A stretch of 45,765 nt of DNA, counting the filler, from Jimgerdemannia flammicorona (taxonomy: Eukaryota), in the NCBI GenBank assembly GCA_003990765.1. It is 2 parts of 2 records of this genome, joined end to end, with 100 filler letters (N's around TTAATTAATTAA, not from the genome) between each part and the next. Parts side by side here need not be neighbours in the genome. Positions count along the whole stretch, not along the records: positions 1 to 22,835 come from RBNJ01001196.1; 1 more part is not named here. The stretch is one strand, 5' to 3'. Below, piece after piece: positions 11,258-22,670 of the stretch. Position numbers and translations under genes: made by a program. The notes below the pieces were generated by a model. It was not told the origin of the DNA, ran no database searches, and saw only the letters and a list, made by a program, of their open reading frames with translations. Within the stretch, counting starts at the first letter, position 1; every line of letters starts with the position of its first letter.

Positions 11258-11690
11258 ATGAGCACCTCCCAAAGCAGCATTTATCACCACTTTACAAAAC
11301 TGGCCAATGGCTCAAGGCAGTGCAACTATTGTCCTAAAGAGAAGATTTATCAAGCCAGTAGTGCTACATCTATCTTATAGACTCAAATCAAGAAATATTA
11401 TCCTGAAAAGATGACCAAGGAAGGGGAAACTGAATTATCTCTTACCCAACAAGAGTATGAGACTATTACAAGTAGTTATATTATATGAATAGTCAAAGAT
11501 CTTCAACTATTCTCAACTTCTAATAATGAAGACTTAAAAGTCTTTATAAAGTACCTGAATCTAAGATATTATATTCCTTACTGTCAAACTACTCATAAAC
11601 TAGTGATGGAGAAATTCAAATCTTACAAAGAGCATATTCAAAATACTCTATACTATATAGTAGGAGCTATATCTTTGACATGTGATCTCT
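11258..11690 (+). pseudogene. hAT transposase N-terminus (BED zinc finger to first catalytic Asp)
   Basis: MSTSQSSIYHHFTKLANGSRQCNYCPK...SSATSIL*TQIKK...*IVKDLQLFS...LNLRYYIP...GAISLTCDL. A likely C-terminal remnant TVLSLRS*DR... lies at ~15775-15890. Confidence 0.85.
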
Positions 11691-13235
11691 GCATCTTTCT
11701 CCACTATCACTCATGTAACACAAACTTCGAAATACACTTTTGACCTGTTTATTAGAGAAAGATACTAAGGTTATGGCAACCAACAAGTAAGCAGACACAC
11801 ATACTAGATTGGGTGAACTGGGGGCCTTCAACTGGTCATATGTCAGATAAGGGTATGGGCTTGGGATGGGGTCATTCAGTGGTCCAAGTAGATAGGGCAG
11901 CTCAGGTAGTAGAAGTGGCACTGGTGGAGGGGCTGGAGGGCAGAAGAGGAGAAGCTTTACAGATATGCTGAAGGCTGGAGATTGGCTGGTTGGAGCTCAT
12001 AGTGGTCAGATAGGTGGAAAGAGGAAGCAGAAAGAAGAAGAAGTTGGAGATGCTGGATCTCAGCAGGTGGGAGAGAGGGCTAGTAGAGTAGCTGCTAGGG
12101 ATAGAGGTGGGACTACTGATAGTGATATGATAGAAAATCAGGAAAAAAATCCAGATGTGACAATTGATAGTGTGGCTGAGCAGATTGGCTCAAAGAGGAT
12201 GGGAGACCTAGCCAATAGTATTATGGGGCTGGCAGTGGCACTGTTACTCAAGAAGTCAATCTCAGAGTTTATGACAATCTTATACTTCTGGGGCTTTGCT
12301 GTAATGGCAAGAATGGTTCTGGGGATTATCTCAGAGCAGGTGGCTGGGGCAGTCTTGGTGAAATTTCTGAAGTAACTAGAGAGAGTTGAAGTGGGTTTTC
12401 AGGAGGTGGGCCTACTGGAGGAAGCATTGAAATCTGGAGTTGCTGTTGGCAAGGTAGTTGTCCCTATGGTACAGTGTTTGAGATGGGACTCCAGAGTGAT
12501 TTAGTTACTAGGCCTACAGTGACAAAGGTTGAGACTAGGAGGAGTGTGATGGTAGAGTATGACAATATGGTTAATATCAGTTTCCAGCTGTAGAAGGGGA
12601 CTGCTTTCAGGACAGGAGACATGGACATCAGGATTAGAATGGCTGAGAGTGAGGCCATGGGGAAAATGAGTGACTGGCCTTCAGTGATGATGTGGGGGGC
12701 TTTTATCTATAAGGTATCATGGGTAAAAGGGAGTGACAAGGAGGAGGAGAACTTGTTGGAGGCTCTGGAGGAGATGAGTGGAGCAGTAGAGTGAAGGGTA
12801 AAGACCTGGAAGTTATATGTTAAGTTGATGCACTTGGAGATTATAGATAGAAAACATATTCATACTGATAAGAGGTAGTGAGAGAGAGCTCAGAGGCACA
12901 AGAAGCAGAAGGAGCTGCTGGCAAGCATAGTAGAAGGGGCAAAGATGAATTCTAGGAGTACTGAGAAGTCTGGGGGTATAGAGGTGAGTGTCTGGGCTAG
13001 TAAGAGAGGAGGAGGAGATGCAGAGAAGGACCTAGTTGGGGCCAGAAAGATAATGCACAAAATATATTTACTGATAGTATGTTCAAAGTCTGGGAGCTAG
13101 TCTTAGAAGACACTCCTCCTCTGGTTAATATGGTTCTACTATAAGGAGTTAGGCAGCTGAGGATGAGCTGATGTGGGGTACTCAGTAGGTATACTTTGGA
13201 GTTCCGGATATGAGAAAAGGAGGACAGATGGTGGT
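11691..13235 (+). mobile_element. L1/Tx1-like LINE, 5' UTR and ORF1 part (3'-truncated)
   Basis: ORF 11965-12375 (LLLKKSISEF...VAGAVLVKFLK) is homologous to ORF1 at 33835-34350, 43689-44402 and 27877-28560. Confidence 0.85.
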
Positions 13236-13239
13236 CCCC

Positions 13240-13558
13240 TTCTATATCTGGAAACCAATATCAACCACATTACTGTACTCTCCCATCACCTCCTCAACCC
13301 TCCTCCTCATCTCAACTGCTATCACCATATGCACTCTCTTTACTATTAACTGAACCACTCTGGAGTTCTACCTCAGACAGTACACCCTAGAGACAACTAC
13401 TTTCCCAATAGTCACTCCAGTCTTCAGAGCCTCTTCCAGTGAACCTGCCTCCTCAAAGCCCATCTCCACCCCCTCCAGACCCTTCTGGAACTTTACTGAG
13501 ATGGCCCCTACCACTTACTTTGAGATAATCTCCAATACCATCCTCACTGCCACCACTA
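13240..13558 (-). mobile_element. Inverted L1/Tx1-like ORF1 fragment
   Basis: Minus-strand translation VRMVLEIISK*VVGAISVKFQKGLEGVEMGFEEAGSLEEALKTGV. Confidence 0.8.
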
Positions 13559-15770
13559 TATATATATATCTAAGTTAAGGCACTGTTTCAAAACCAAAAA
13601 GCTGATCACTCTCTCCTTTTGAAAAGCTGAATTAAAGGAATATATATATATATATCTTAGTTAAGGCAACATTTCAAACCCTCCTCCTTTTGAAAAGCTG
13701 GAATAAGCAGTGAGATGAGACAAATGGACACTCTCTCTCTCCTTTCAAAAAGCTGGATAAAAAGAAAAAGTATATAATTATATATCTTAGTTAAGGCACC
13801 ATTTCAAACCCTCTCTCTAGCAGTATACTCTTCCCTTTGGAAAAGCTGGATAAAAGGAATATATATATCTTTTTTTTTTTTTTTTTTTTAATGGACTCAA
13901 TATCCTGCAGATTTTTATTGAAAGGGAACCTAGACTGTATAGACCAAAACCCTCCCCCACCACCCACCAAGCACTGCCCCCCCATTAATCTAGACTAGCT
14001 ATTGTCCAGCAGCTTGACCATGCCAGGTACAGTAGGGCCAAAGGAGGCCCACACCTTATTCTACACACCATGCTCTCCCTACTACCAGGGGAAACCCAGC
14101 CATACACCAATGACTGAAAGCACATTTCCAAGAACCCAACATATGTATAAGGCCATGCCTGAGCTGAATAGAATAGCCCCTGCCACCCCAAAGAGAATGA
14201 CAGGCAGAAGAAAAACTCTCATCAAAGCACAACACGGTGGGTAGGGCCTGGTTCTCCCAGTCAAGGTGAGTAAAGGACTTACATGTGAGGTGGGAGGAGA
14301 CCCCCAATGCCCCACTACTCAAGCCTTGGACCTCAATCATGTTGCCATATCAGCTCCCAGTTCCAGTTGAGTATAGCCAAGATGTCTGAAATGAGTAGTC
14401 TCAGACCCCCCAACCCCCCCTGATGACTGGGGCCTAACCTGCCTGACTGCCAAAAGAAGCCTAGAGTGACACCTACTACCTAACTGCACCACACCAATCA
14501 AAAGGCCCCACCGAAGCAGCACCTGCCCCAGCTGTAACAGCTGCCCCCAGCCTGGCACCCTACTAGTCCACCATTATCGCCCTTCCTCCTATCTGTGACA
14601 GTCATCTCTCCTCCCATCCCAACAACATCTGAAAAGCAGTCACCTATATCAGAACTGTACATGCCAGGAAGCTCACCAAAGCCAGAGGGCTCTACCACAG
14701 ACACCGAGGATCTGCAGATAACCTATACTGAGCACTTGATGCCCAAGGTTGGCTGACTCCCTATGTAGCCTGAGATATACTGAGACAGTACCTTGTTGGT
14801 GATGACAAAAGGAAGAAGGCACCACACCAAAACGGATGCACTCCAGATGCAGCTGAAGATTTCAGAAACTGCAAAAAAGTGGAGAAGACACTGATCTGAC
14901 ACTGATAAAGTGGCAACTCATCACCATTGCCCTCCTCCTACTATGCCCATGCAGGCACAGCAAACCAACCCAAGGTAGAGGGGGTAATAATAGAGGAAAG
15001 GAAACTCAGAAGGTTGTCTACCAAATCTTGTAACCGGTAAGATAGTGGAGAAAGGAGCTAAAGGAATATAACTTAGTTAAGGTGCTATTTTCTCTCCTTT
15101 TTAAAAAGCTGACATGAGCAGTATACTCTCCCCTTTTGAAAGCTGGATAAAAGAAATATATATAAATATACCTTAGTTAAGGCACCATTTTGAATCCTTC
15201 TCCTTTAGAAAAGCTAGAATAAGTAGCAAAATGAGACAAGTATACACCCTCTCCCTCTTTGAAAAGCTGGATAAAAAAAGAAAGTATATAATTATATATC
15301 TTAGTTAAGATGCCATTTCAAACCCTCACCCTTTTGAAAAGCTGAATGAGCAGTATACCCTCTCCTTTCGAAAAGCTAGATAAAGGAATATATATACTTT
15401 AATTAAGGTGTCATTCGAAACCTCTCTCATTCAAAAAGCTGAAATGAGCAGCACACACTCTTATTTTGAAAAGCTGAATAAAGGAATATATATACCTAAG
15501 TTAAGGTACCATTTTGAACCCTTCCTCTTTTGAAATGCTGAAATGAGTAGTACACACTCTCATTTCAAAAAGCTGGATAAATGGAATATATATATATCTT
15601 AGTTAAGGCACTATTTTGAACCCTCCCCACCTTCCTCTTTTGGAAAGCTGGATAAAAAGAATATATATATACCTTGGTTAAGGTATTATTTGAAACCCCT
15701 CTCACCTTTCAAGTAGTGAGATGAGACAAGCATATACTCTCCTCCTCTCTCTTTTTTGAGTATATAATTA
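13559..15770. repeat. Tandem satellite (~110-130 bp unit of two related halves), interrupted at 13870-15058
   Basis: Recurrent AAAGGAATATATATATCTTAGTTAAGGCACCATTTCAAACCCTCTCCTTTTGAAAAGCTG, about ten copies of the TTAGTTAAGG core. Confidence 0.9.
13870..15058 (-). mobile_element. Non-autonomous 1.2-kb poly(A) retroposon with L1/Tx1-like ends
   Basis: T20 at 13870-13889. Sense 5' end GCTCCTTTCTCCACTATC...ACAAGA...TAGACAAC resembles the LINE 5' ends at 11691 and 43197. TAAAGGAATATA is duplicated on both flanks. No RT motifs seen. Confidence 0.7.
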
Positions 15771-18700
15771 TATGACAGTTTTAAGCCTCAGATCATAAGA
15801 TAGACTTTGCAAGCTTCCAACTTTACAAATTGCTTATATTCTTAGTGAAATCAATCACAAGGCTAATAAAATAATTTTTGAAGTCAGATAGCAATAAACT
15901 ACTTGGTTGAACTGATTTGATATATGAACTGATAATCTGAATCGATTTACACTGATTTGAACTATTTAAAAGCCCTAATCTTAAATAGTCTTTGAGAGTA
16001 ATATACCAAATGAGAGTCTGGAAGAAAGAGGCCCCTTTCTAGAGCAGCTGATCCTGGAGAAATGACTAGAAGAAGGAGCGAAGTAAGTGAGTCTTGCAGA
16101 CCTGGGAATGAAGGTCCCAGTACTAGTTCAATGCCAGAACTTGTCAATGATAGAACTCAGGGGGTATGTGACAAAACACTAACTAAGAGAGCTGATAGAG
16201 TTGTTGCCAGACTTGCTACACTAATTCAGATTGGCTTGGAACATATAGCAGAGGTCCAACATATGATAGAGGAAGGAAGAGAGACTAAGAATTGAACTAC
16301 CAAGCAAGGGATGGCTGGAAAATTCAACTGTCTAGATGATAGTTTTATCAAAGACCTACTCAGGGTACTTTAACACCTGAAGACCCATAGTGATTATAAG
16401 GCAGAAATCTCATAGAGTAGAAGACTGTACTCTAGCTGAGACCTAATGAAGGTATGTATGATGGCCAGCTTGACTACTGGTGACCAGAGGGGACCATGGA
16501 CATAGCAGAACCCAAGAGTTTGTTCTGTCTTTGCTGCATTCTTCAATACAAGGTTAACAAAGTCAAACTCTTTGTTAGTATACAATATGCCCAGATATAT
16601 ATAGCAGAGGAGTTGCAGACAGGGCTCACCTCTAATCTGTACAGTACAGTCAGCAGGGCCAACATAACTGTACTTCTTGGAGTTGAGTTCCATACCATTC
16701 ACTAAGAGCCAATTCTTACAAAAGTCAATCTTCCTCTGCTCTTCTGTAGTAGTACAGGGGGTGAGAGCAATATTATCAGTAAAGAAAAGCTTAAAGAGAA
16801 AGTCATACTCCTTAAACTGCTCATCTAAAGAGATGATAAGATGGTTAATAAATATATCAAAGAGCCAAGGAGAGAGGAGGGAGCCCTGAAAGAGGCTGCA
16901 CTTAGTAGAGAACAAAGGAGTGATGAGGCTATTAACAATCACCAGATAGGAACAGTAATTGAACAGACTTCAGATAATGCTAAGGAGGGCTGTATTGGCT
17001 CTTTGCTCCTCAAGTCAAGAAAGAATGAGCTTGAGAGAGACTCTATCATATACCTGCCAGAGGTTAAGAAAGATATAGCAGTCCCACTCCTTGGATCATA
17101 TCTTGTACAAGAGCAAGATATGGGAAAGGGATGAGAAGTGGATTTGGAAGCTGCCTTGGTAGTATAACATTTCTGTCAGGCCACTCCAGCTCTTGACATA
17201 ACCTTCCAAACACTATTCAAAGAGTATGTGAAACATCTCAGGAAGAGTGATAGGGCAAAATCCATCAATTATTCAGAACTCCTCCTTCTTGGAGATTGGG
17301 GAGATGATAGCAGAATTCTAGCAGTAGAGGGTGAGCCTCCAAACCATACATATCTGGAAGAAGAAGGAAAGGACTTTCAATAGGCTATAAGGAGCATCCA
17401 TCATCTAAAGGATCTGGACATATAAGGAGTCAGCCCCACAGACCTTTATGAGGGGATAGCTATGGATGGCCCTCTAAACTGTAGATTGGTCAAACCAAAA
17501 CTGCAGTCGAAGGGCCCCCATGTCAAGGGAGAAGATGCCCTCAGAGTCATCAAGATATAGGAAGGCATCTGACTGACTGAAGATTGTAGTAAAGTAGGCA
17601 ACCACATCATTAAACACTAAGACAGCAGGGGAATAAGATTAGAGGAGAGCTGGGAAAATGGAGCAGTATGTATGCTTGAAACTATAAATGGCATCAGAGA
17701 CCAATGATGTACTGCAAAGGAGGTCCTGCTATGGGAGCAGTACTGCCCTGATCTCTCTGACATCATATGAGCCCAGAATGTCCTCACAGATAGACTGCAA
17801 CTGGAGGTCATGAGGGAGTCAAGGGAATTCACAAACTACTGGTAATCCTCTATAGAGTGAAAGCCAGTGATGTGGTCTTAGATAGAATAAATGGACCTGA
17901 CAATGATATTATAAATAATATCCACTGATTTCTAAAGGTAAGTTTGGATGATCAGATCAGTAAGGTACTTAACAGAATAATAACAGATATCAGCCAATAT
18001 AGTAATCAGTAAAAGAGAGAAGGGAAAGAAGATGAGAGATGATCAGTAATAATGGAAGGGATGGAGTAGGTGAGAGATGCATGGAGAGATTTGGTGGTAA
18101 ATATATGATCAATGTATATGGATCCAGCCACCAGGGTCAGGTGGTTCAATGACCATGTCATCAAGGAGGTATTGGTGACATTTATCTGATCTCTAGAACT
18201 AGAGTTCACCAAGTTGAGCATTGAAGTACATATTGATGTCACTGATGAAAAAGACCTTATCCGAGAATGGGTCAGATATAAGATCACAGAAGCCAGCAAT
18301 GGAAAAAGAGGAGAGAGCATAAACCCTGACCAAAGTTAGGCCCTGGAATAAGAGCCAGATATAGAAGGGATTGGCAGAGGACCCAGAAATGAGTAAGGTG
18401 AAACAGTTTGATATAAGGACCACAAGACTACTATTTGGTAATCCATGATCTCATGTGATAAAAAAAGAGAAGATATCTGAATTAGTGAAGAGAGATATAG
18501 TAGAATGTGCCATATTTCACAAATGAAAAGACTGTCAAGAGCAAGTTCAATCAACTGACTGAGCATATCAAACTTGTCCTGAGTTAGTCTGTGTATATTG
18601 ATGAATCTGAATCTCATTAGAAACTAGACACTTTAGCACCAACAGTGTGAGAAGCACTTGAAGAGGAAGCCTCAGCTTTCATCTCTCTGATTATAACAAT

Positions 18701-19433
18701 AGTACCACCTGCCTTCAAAGTAGGGCCAGCCATCAGGGGGACAAGAGAGAGGAGGGTAAGGCTGAGTTCTGCAGCCCATATCTTGTAGAAGTTTTGTACT
18801 ACAGACCTCTTCACAGTGGTATTGCCAGCAAACTGCCAGACCTAGGCATGGAAGAATTGGAGAACCTGTATCTTCACAGTCTCCAGGGCATTCTTATTGC
18901 AGAAGAATGCAGGGTCCCAGGCCTAGAGTACTAAGAACCTAAGCACTTTTATCTTCTTTTGGAACACTGTTATATAATTATAGTGCCAAAGAAATTTGAT
19001 GGCTGATGTCAAGATGAACAACATATTGAGAACCTTCAAGTTCTTCTAGATCAGCCCAAGGTTAAGATGGGTGAATCCATCAATATAAACAAAATACAGC
19101 CATGTACCTCTCTTAGTTGGTAATAAATGAGTGATCAGCTTGCAGATCATATATAAAAGGATAGCAGCAGTGATAGCCCTTTCTGTCTCAGGGTAGGCCT
19201 GGGTTTTATTCTTGATAGAGACCTTCTTGGTGACAGTGGCATATAATTTGGGAGATGTGGAGATCAAGCAGGGGATAAAGATGAACTGGTAACACTGGGT
19301 CCCACAGATGTAACCTAGTGTACTGGTTTAGGGGCCTTGGCCTTACCCATTTTAGGGAGTGTGGCTTTGGTGGCCAGAGGTACTGCCATAGAAGTTACCT
19401 TCTTTAGCAGTATACCAGACTGTAATATAGTGG

Positions 19434-20631
19434 TCTCAGTTCTTTCACTCAGACCAAATGCATCTAAGCTACTAGGATAGTGAGCATCTCAAGTTTTGGA
19501 GGCTATAAGCATAGACTCAAAGGAGTGCTGACAGATATATCTCATCTCTTAGATATAGGAGTTCCACCAGGTTATTTTGGCATAACCATAGCTTTTAGTT
19601 TCAGCAAGTTACAAGGATTTCAAGAATTTTGAACAAGATAGGCAAGATAGGTAATATGGGCAAAATGGGCAAAATAGGCAAATAGGCAAGATGGGTAATA
19701 TGGGCAATACCGACAATATGAGTAATATGGACAAAATGAGCAACATGAGCAACATGGACAAGGTAGGCAAGATGGCAAGATGGTAAGATAGGCAAGGCAA
19801 GACAGTAAGATAGCAAGATAGGTAGGATAATAAGATATATAAGATAGGCAAGATGGCAAGATGGCAAGATGGGCAAAATGGCAAGATAGCAAGACAGCAA
19901 GATGGGCAAGATGACAAGATGGGCAAGACAGGCAAGACAGCAAGATGGGCAATATAGATAAGATGGGCAAAACAGGTAAAACAGAATGGGCAAGATAGGT
20001 AATATGAGCAATATGGGCATTATGAGCAATACTGGTAAAATGGCAAGATAGCAAAACAGACAAGATGGGCAAGATAGCAAGACAGTAAGATGGCTAGATA
20101 GGTAAGAAGATAGGCAAGATGGGTAAGATAGCAAGACTGATAATATAGGCAAGACAGGCAAAATAGGCAAAATGGATAAGATTGGCAATATGGACAATAT
20201 GGATAACAAAGACAACATTGACAAGACTGATAAAATGACAAGATGGCAAGTTGGCAAGATAGGCAAGATGGGAAGATGGGTAAGACAGAGAAGATAGACA
20301 AGATGAATGAGATGGGTAAGATAGACAAGATAGCAAGACAGACAAGATGGGCAAGATGGGGAGGTACTAATAGGGATAGGCCAGATATATTAAATACTGA
20401 GTATTTGAGGAGATTGGGGTTCATAACTCATATCTACTATTTGATAAGGTAGGTCAGATAGAAGGATTTAGTTACTCAGATAGTGAGATTGCAACTCTTA
20501 CTCTAAAGATACTAAGATTATTATTGGTTTGGAGAGCAAATGAGTATAGGGGTACCAGTATAGTATGAGGATACTATAAATATTATAGATAGTTAATAAA
20601 TTTGGCTTTAGTCAATAGAAAAAAAAAAAAA
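19434..20631 (+). mobile_element. Non-autonomous 1.2-kb poly(A) retroposon with internal microsatellite
   Basis: Perfect 12-bp TSD GTAATATAGTGG (19422-19433 and 20632-20643), AATAAA at ~20595 and A13 tail at 20619-20631. Confidence 0.85.
19634..20360 (+). repeat. Degenerate 8-9 nt microsatellite (GGCAAGAT / GGGCAAGAT / GGCAATATG)n
   Basis: Directly visible tandem units. These explain the low-complexity ILP/CHLA ORFs on the minus strand. Confidence 0.95.
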
Positions 20632-21505
20632 GTAATATAGTGGCTTTAGCAGTATACTTATCTGCTTACTTCTGGGCCTTAAACTATATATTCATGGCAG
20701 GGCCAGTAGGAGGAGAGGCTAAGGACTTGAGGGGAGCAGATGTGGATAGGGCAGTGGAGATACTTCTCAAAGGAGCACCAGATGACATGTAGGCAGTGGG
20801 CACCAATTGTACAGCAAGCTGCACTATTAGCTGAGAATTAATCTTAGCCAAATCAACTACTTGAGTCAGTAGATCCAAGATCTGCTTCCTCATTATGACC
20901 ATCTCTGTAACCAGATCAGAGTCAGCTGAGGGATCTGTATAACTAGCAGTCAGAGTTATTCCCAAACTGGTGTTTGAGTAACTATGCTTATTCTGATTGA
21001 GGGATATGGGTATGGGAGAATAGGGAGAGTGCTAGGTATTATAGTATGAATCAGAAGAGATTGTGATCTCTTTATTATCTTCAGCATTATGTAGAGAAGA
21101 TAAATATACTAATATCATTCATTCATCTCTGTATGATCTACTCATCACCATAAGGCTACTCTCACTGAAGCTAAGAAAGAGAAGACTGATACCATAATAT
21201 TCAGTATAATGAAGAGAGGTGCCAAAGTATACAAAGAGATAGGTGGTATTTAAGTCATTACTGATGATGGAGGAGATGACCAATATTGCCAAATTAGATA
21301 GAAGTTGGTTTGTTTATATATTGAAAATTGTGAAATATAGGTTATATAACCTTTGTCTCTTTATTTGTACAATAAAAAAATAATGGAGAGGGGGTATTTA
21401 TACCTGAAGAGAGGCTTAGCTAATCAAATTAACTGCTTTCTTAATTTGGAAAAGCTTTGGGCCAAAAAGCCAAGTCTATCCAAATAGGGAAATCTTATGA
21501 GTAGC

Positions 21506-21560
21506 TTAGGGTTAGGGAGTAGGCTTCAAGTGAGAATTTATTTACAGAGTTAAAATTAGG
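21506..21560 (+). repeat. Two telomere-like tracts enclosing a ~22-bp stub of the LINE 3' end
   Basis: TTAGGGTTAGGGAGTAGG | CTTCAAGTGAGAATTTATTTAC | AGAGTTAAAATTAGG | CTTTAAGTAAGAATTTATTC. Confidence 0.8.
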
Positions 21561-21888
21561 CTTTAAGTAAGAATTTATTCATTATAGATAAGATAAGATA
21601 TATTAGAGCAACAAATAGCAAAGACTCTAAAGATGAGAAAAGTAAAAAGAGGCTAGCAAAGTAAACAACTAGTTAAGGAAAACAAATAAAGGCCAGAGAG
21701 GTGACCACCTTAGGATGGGCTGGATAAACCATTTTATAATAGCTGTAAAAATAATAAATATGAAAAGTAAAAAGAAGAGAAACTAAGATAAAATACACAA
21801 ATATCTGGCACCAACTATAGGAACAGTATCAATACCTGAATACCAAACAACTGATATGAGATATATAACTCAATATACTCTCAATAAT
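21561..21888 (-). mobile_element. Telomere-repeat-associated LINE, 3' UTR-only copy
   Basis: Matches 9709-10028 and 3144-3468. Confidence 0.85.
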
Positions 21889-21889
21889 C

Positions 21890-22670
21890 AATAGTATATA
21901 GATAGAGATTATTGAACTTAGTCTCATATATCTTAAGATACTCTCTATTACAAAGATAAATAATCTGAAGAAGAATCTGTCACTCACTCTAGGCTAAGAG
22001 ATTAATGAAGATCCACTTATAGAATCTGTCATAGAGAAAATACCAGAACTATCATTATAGATAAATTAATAAAATTGATTACTATTAATAATAAACCAAT
22101 AGTATTAGTAGTATTTTATAACTTCTTCATATAATGCAAAGTCCTTTTACAGAAAATCTTTATATTAATAGCTATATTAAAGGACCCAAGTACTCAGAGT
22201 ACTCTGTAGCAATACTATCTACTTAAAAAATTTAGAGCAATATTTAATAATAGTAAGATATAGCAATTTACTATTTCATGAATCCACTTTTCTAGTTTCA
22301 ATATTGATCTAAATATTATATTTCTATAGATAATTAAATAGTTATCAAGTTGTTCTTTCTAAATAAAACTAAGAATTTGTTATAAATCTATAGACAAACA
22401 GCTACCATTATTTTATTATCTTCTCTTATTATATTTGTTATCAAGATTGCCTTAGTAGATTACAAGCTCAAAAACTATGTGACTGATAATTTAAATATAT
22501 ATATTATGTTAAAAACTTTGCTGAACCAGATCTTATCTTCTTTATTAAGTTCTATAATAGTAATGTTATACATATTATTATTCAGCTAACTATTTATAAA
22601 CTGAAAGCTACTATGGATACCACTGATCCTTGTCTCTTTCATCAAAACAGTAATATATAATAATGAATTC
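21890..22670 (+). pseudogene. Highly decayed AT-rich coding remnant, possibly a Crinkler-type restriction-endonuclease-fold domain
   Basis: 22508-22650 translates VKNFAEPDLIFFIKFYNSNVIHIIIQLTIYKLKATMDTTDPCLF, reminiscent of the AGPD(I/L)xF...Q...TTDP pattern. Many stops upstream. Confidence 0.3.

Larger units (their letters stand above)
10456..15977 (+). mobile_element. hAT DNA transposon (internally disrupted)
   Basis: TIRs TAGGACTGTTAAATGGTTTGAA / revcomp TAGGGCTTTTAAATAGTTCAAA, degenerate 8-bp TSD ACCATAAA (10448-10455) / ATCTTAAA (15978-15985), subterminal GGTTT/AACC-type motifs, and transposase remnants. Confidence 0.88.
9709..21505 (-). mobile_element. Telomere-repeat-associated APE/RT LINE, copy C: full length, split into 9709-10455, 15978-19433 and 20632-21505 by two insertions
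   Basis: Sequence resumes exactly across both insertions relative to copy B (8-bp and 12-bp target duplications). ORF2 pieces include 16394-16942 (GSLLSPWLF, FTDNIAL, YLGI) and 18336-18617 (APE start). Bounded by TTAGG(G) tracts on both sides. Confidence 0.88.

Noticed and set aside
14056..14340. RNase H-like motif (VLCFDESF...GGRG) in the retroposon
   Set aside because: No downstream catalytic E/D motifs are recognisable; too weak to call.
13559..15770. CRISPR-like array
   Set aside because: Inter-repeat segments are themselves repeated rather than unique spacers, there are no cas genes, and the context is eukaryotic.
19590..19620. GCTTTTAGTTTCAGCAAGTTACAAGG resembling an sgRNA/tracrRNA scaffold
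   Set aside because: The similarity is short and gapped, with no downstream hairpins and no RNA-guided nuclease ORF nearby.
19601..20452. Long hydrophobic ORFs (ILPILP / CHLA repeats)
   Set aside because: They are translation artefacts of the microsatellite.
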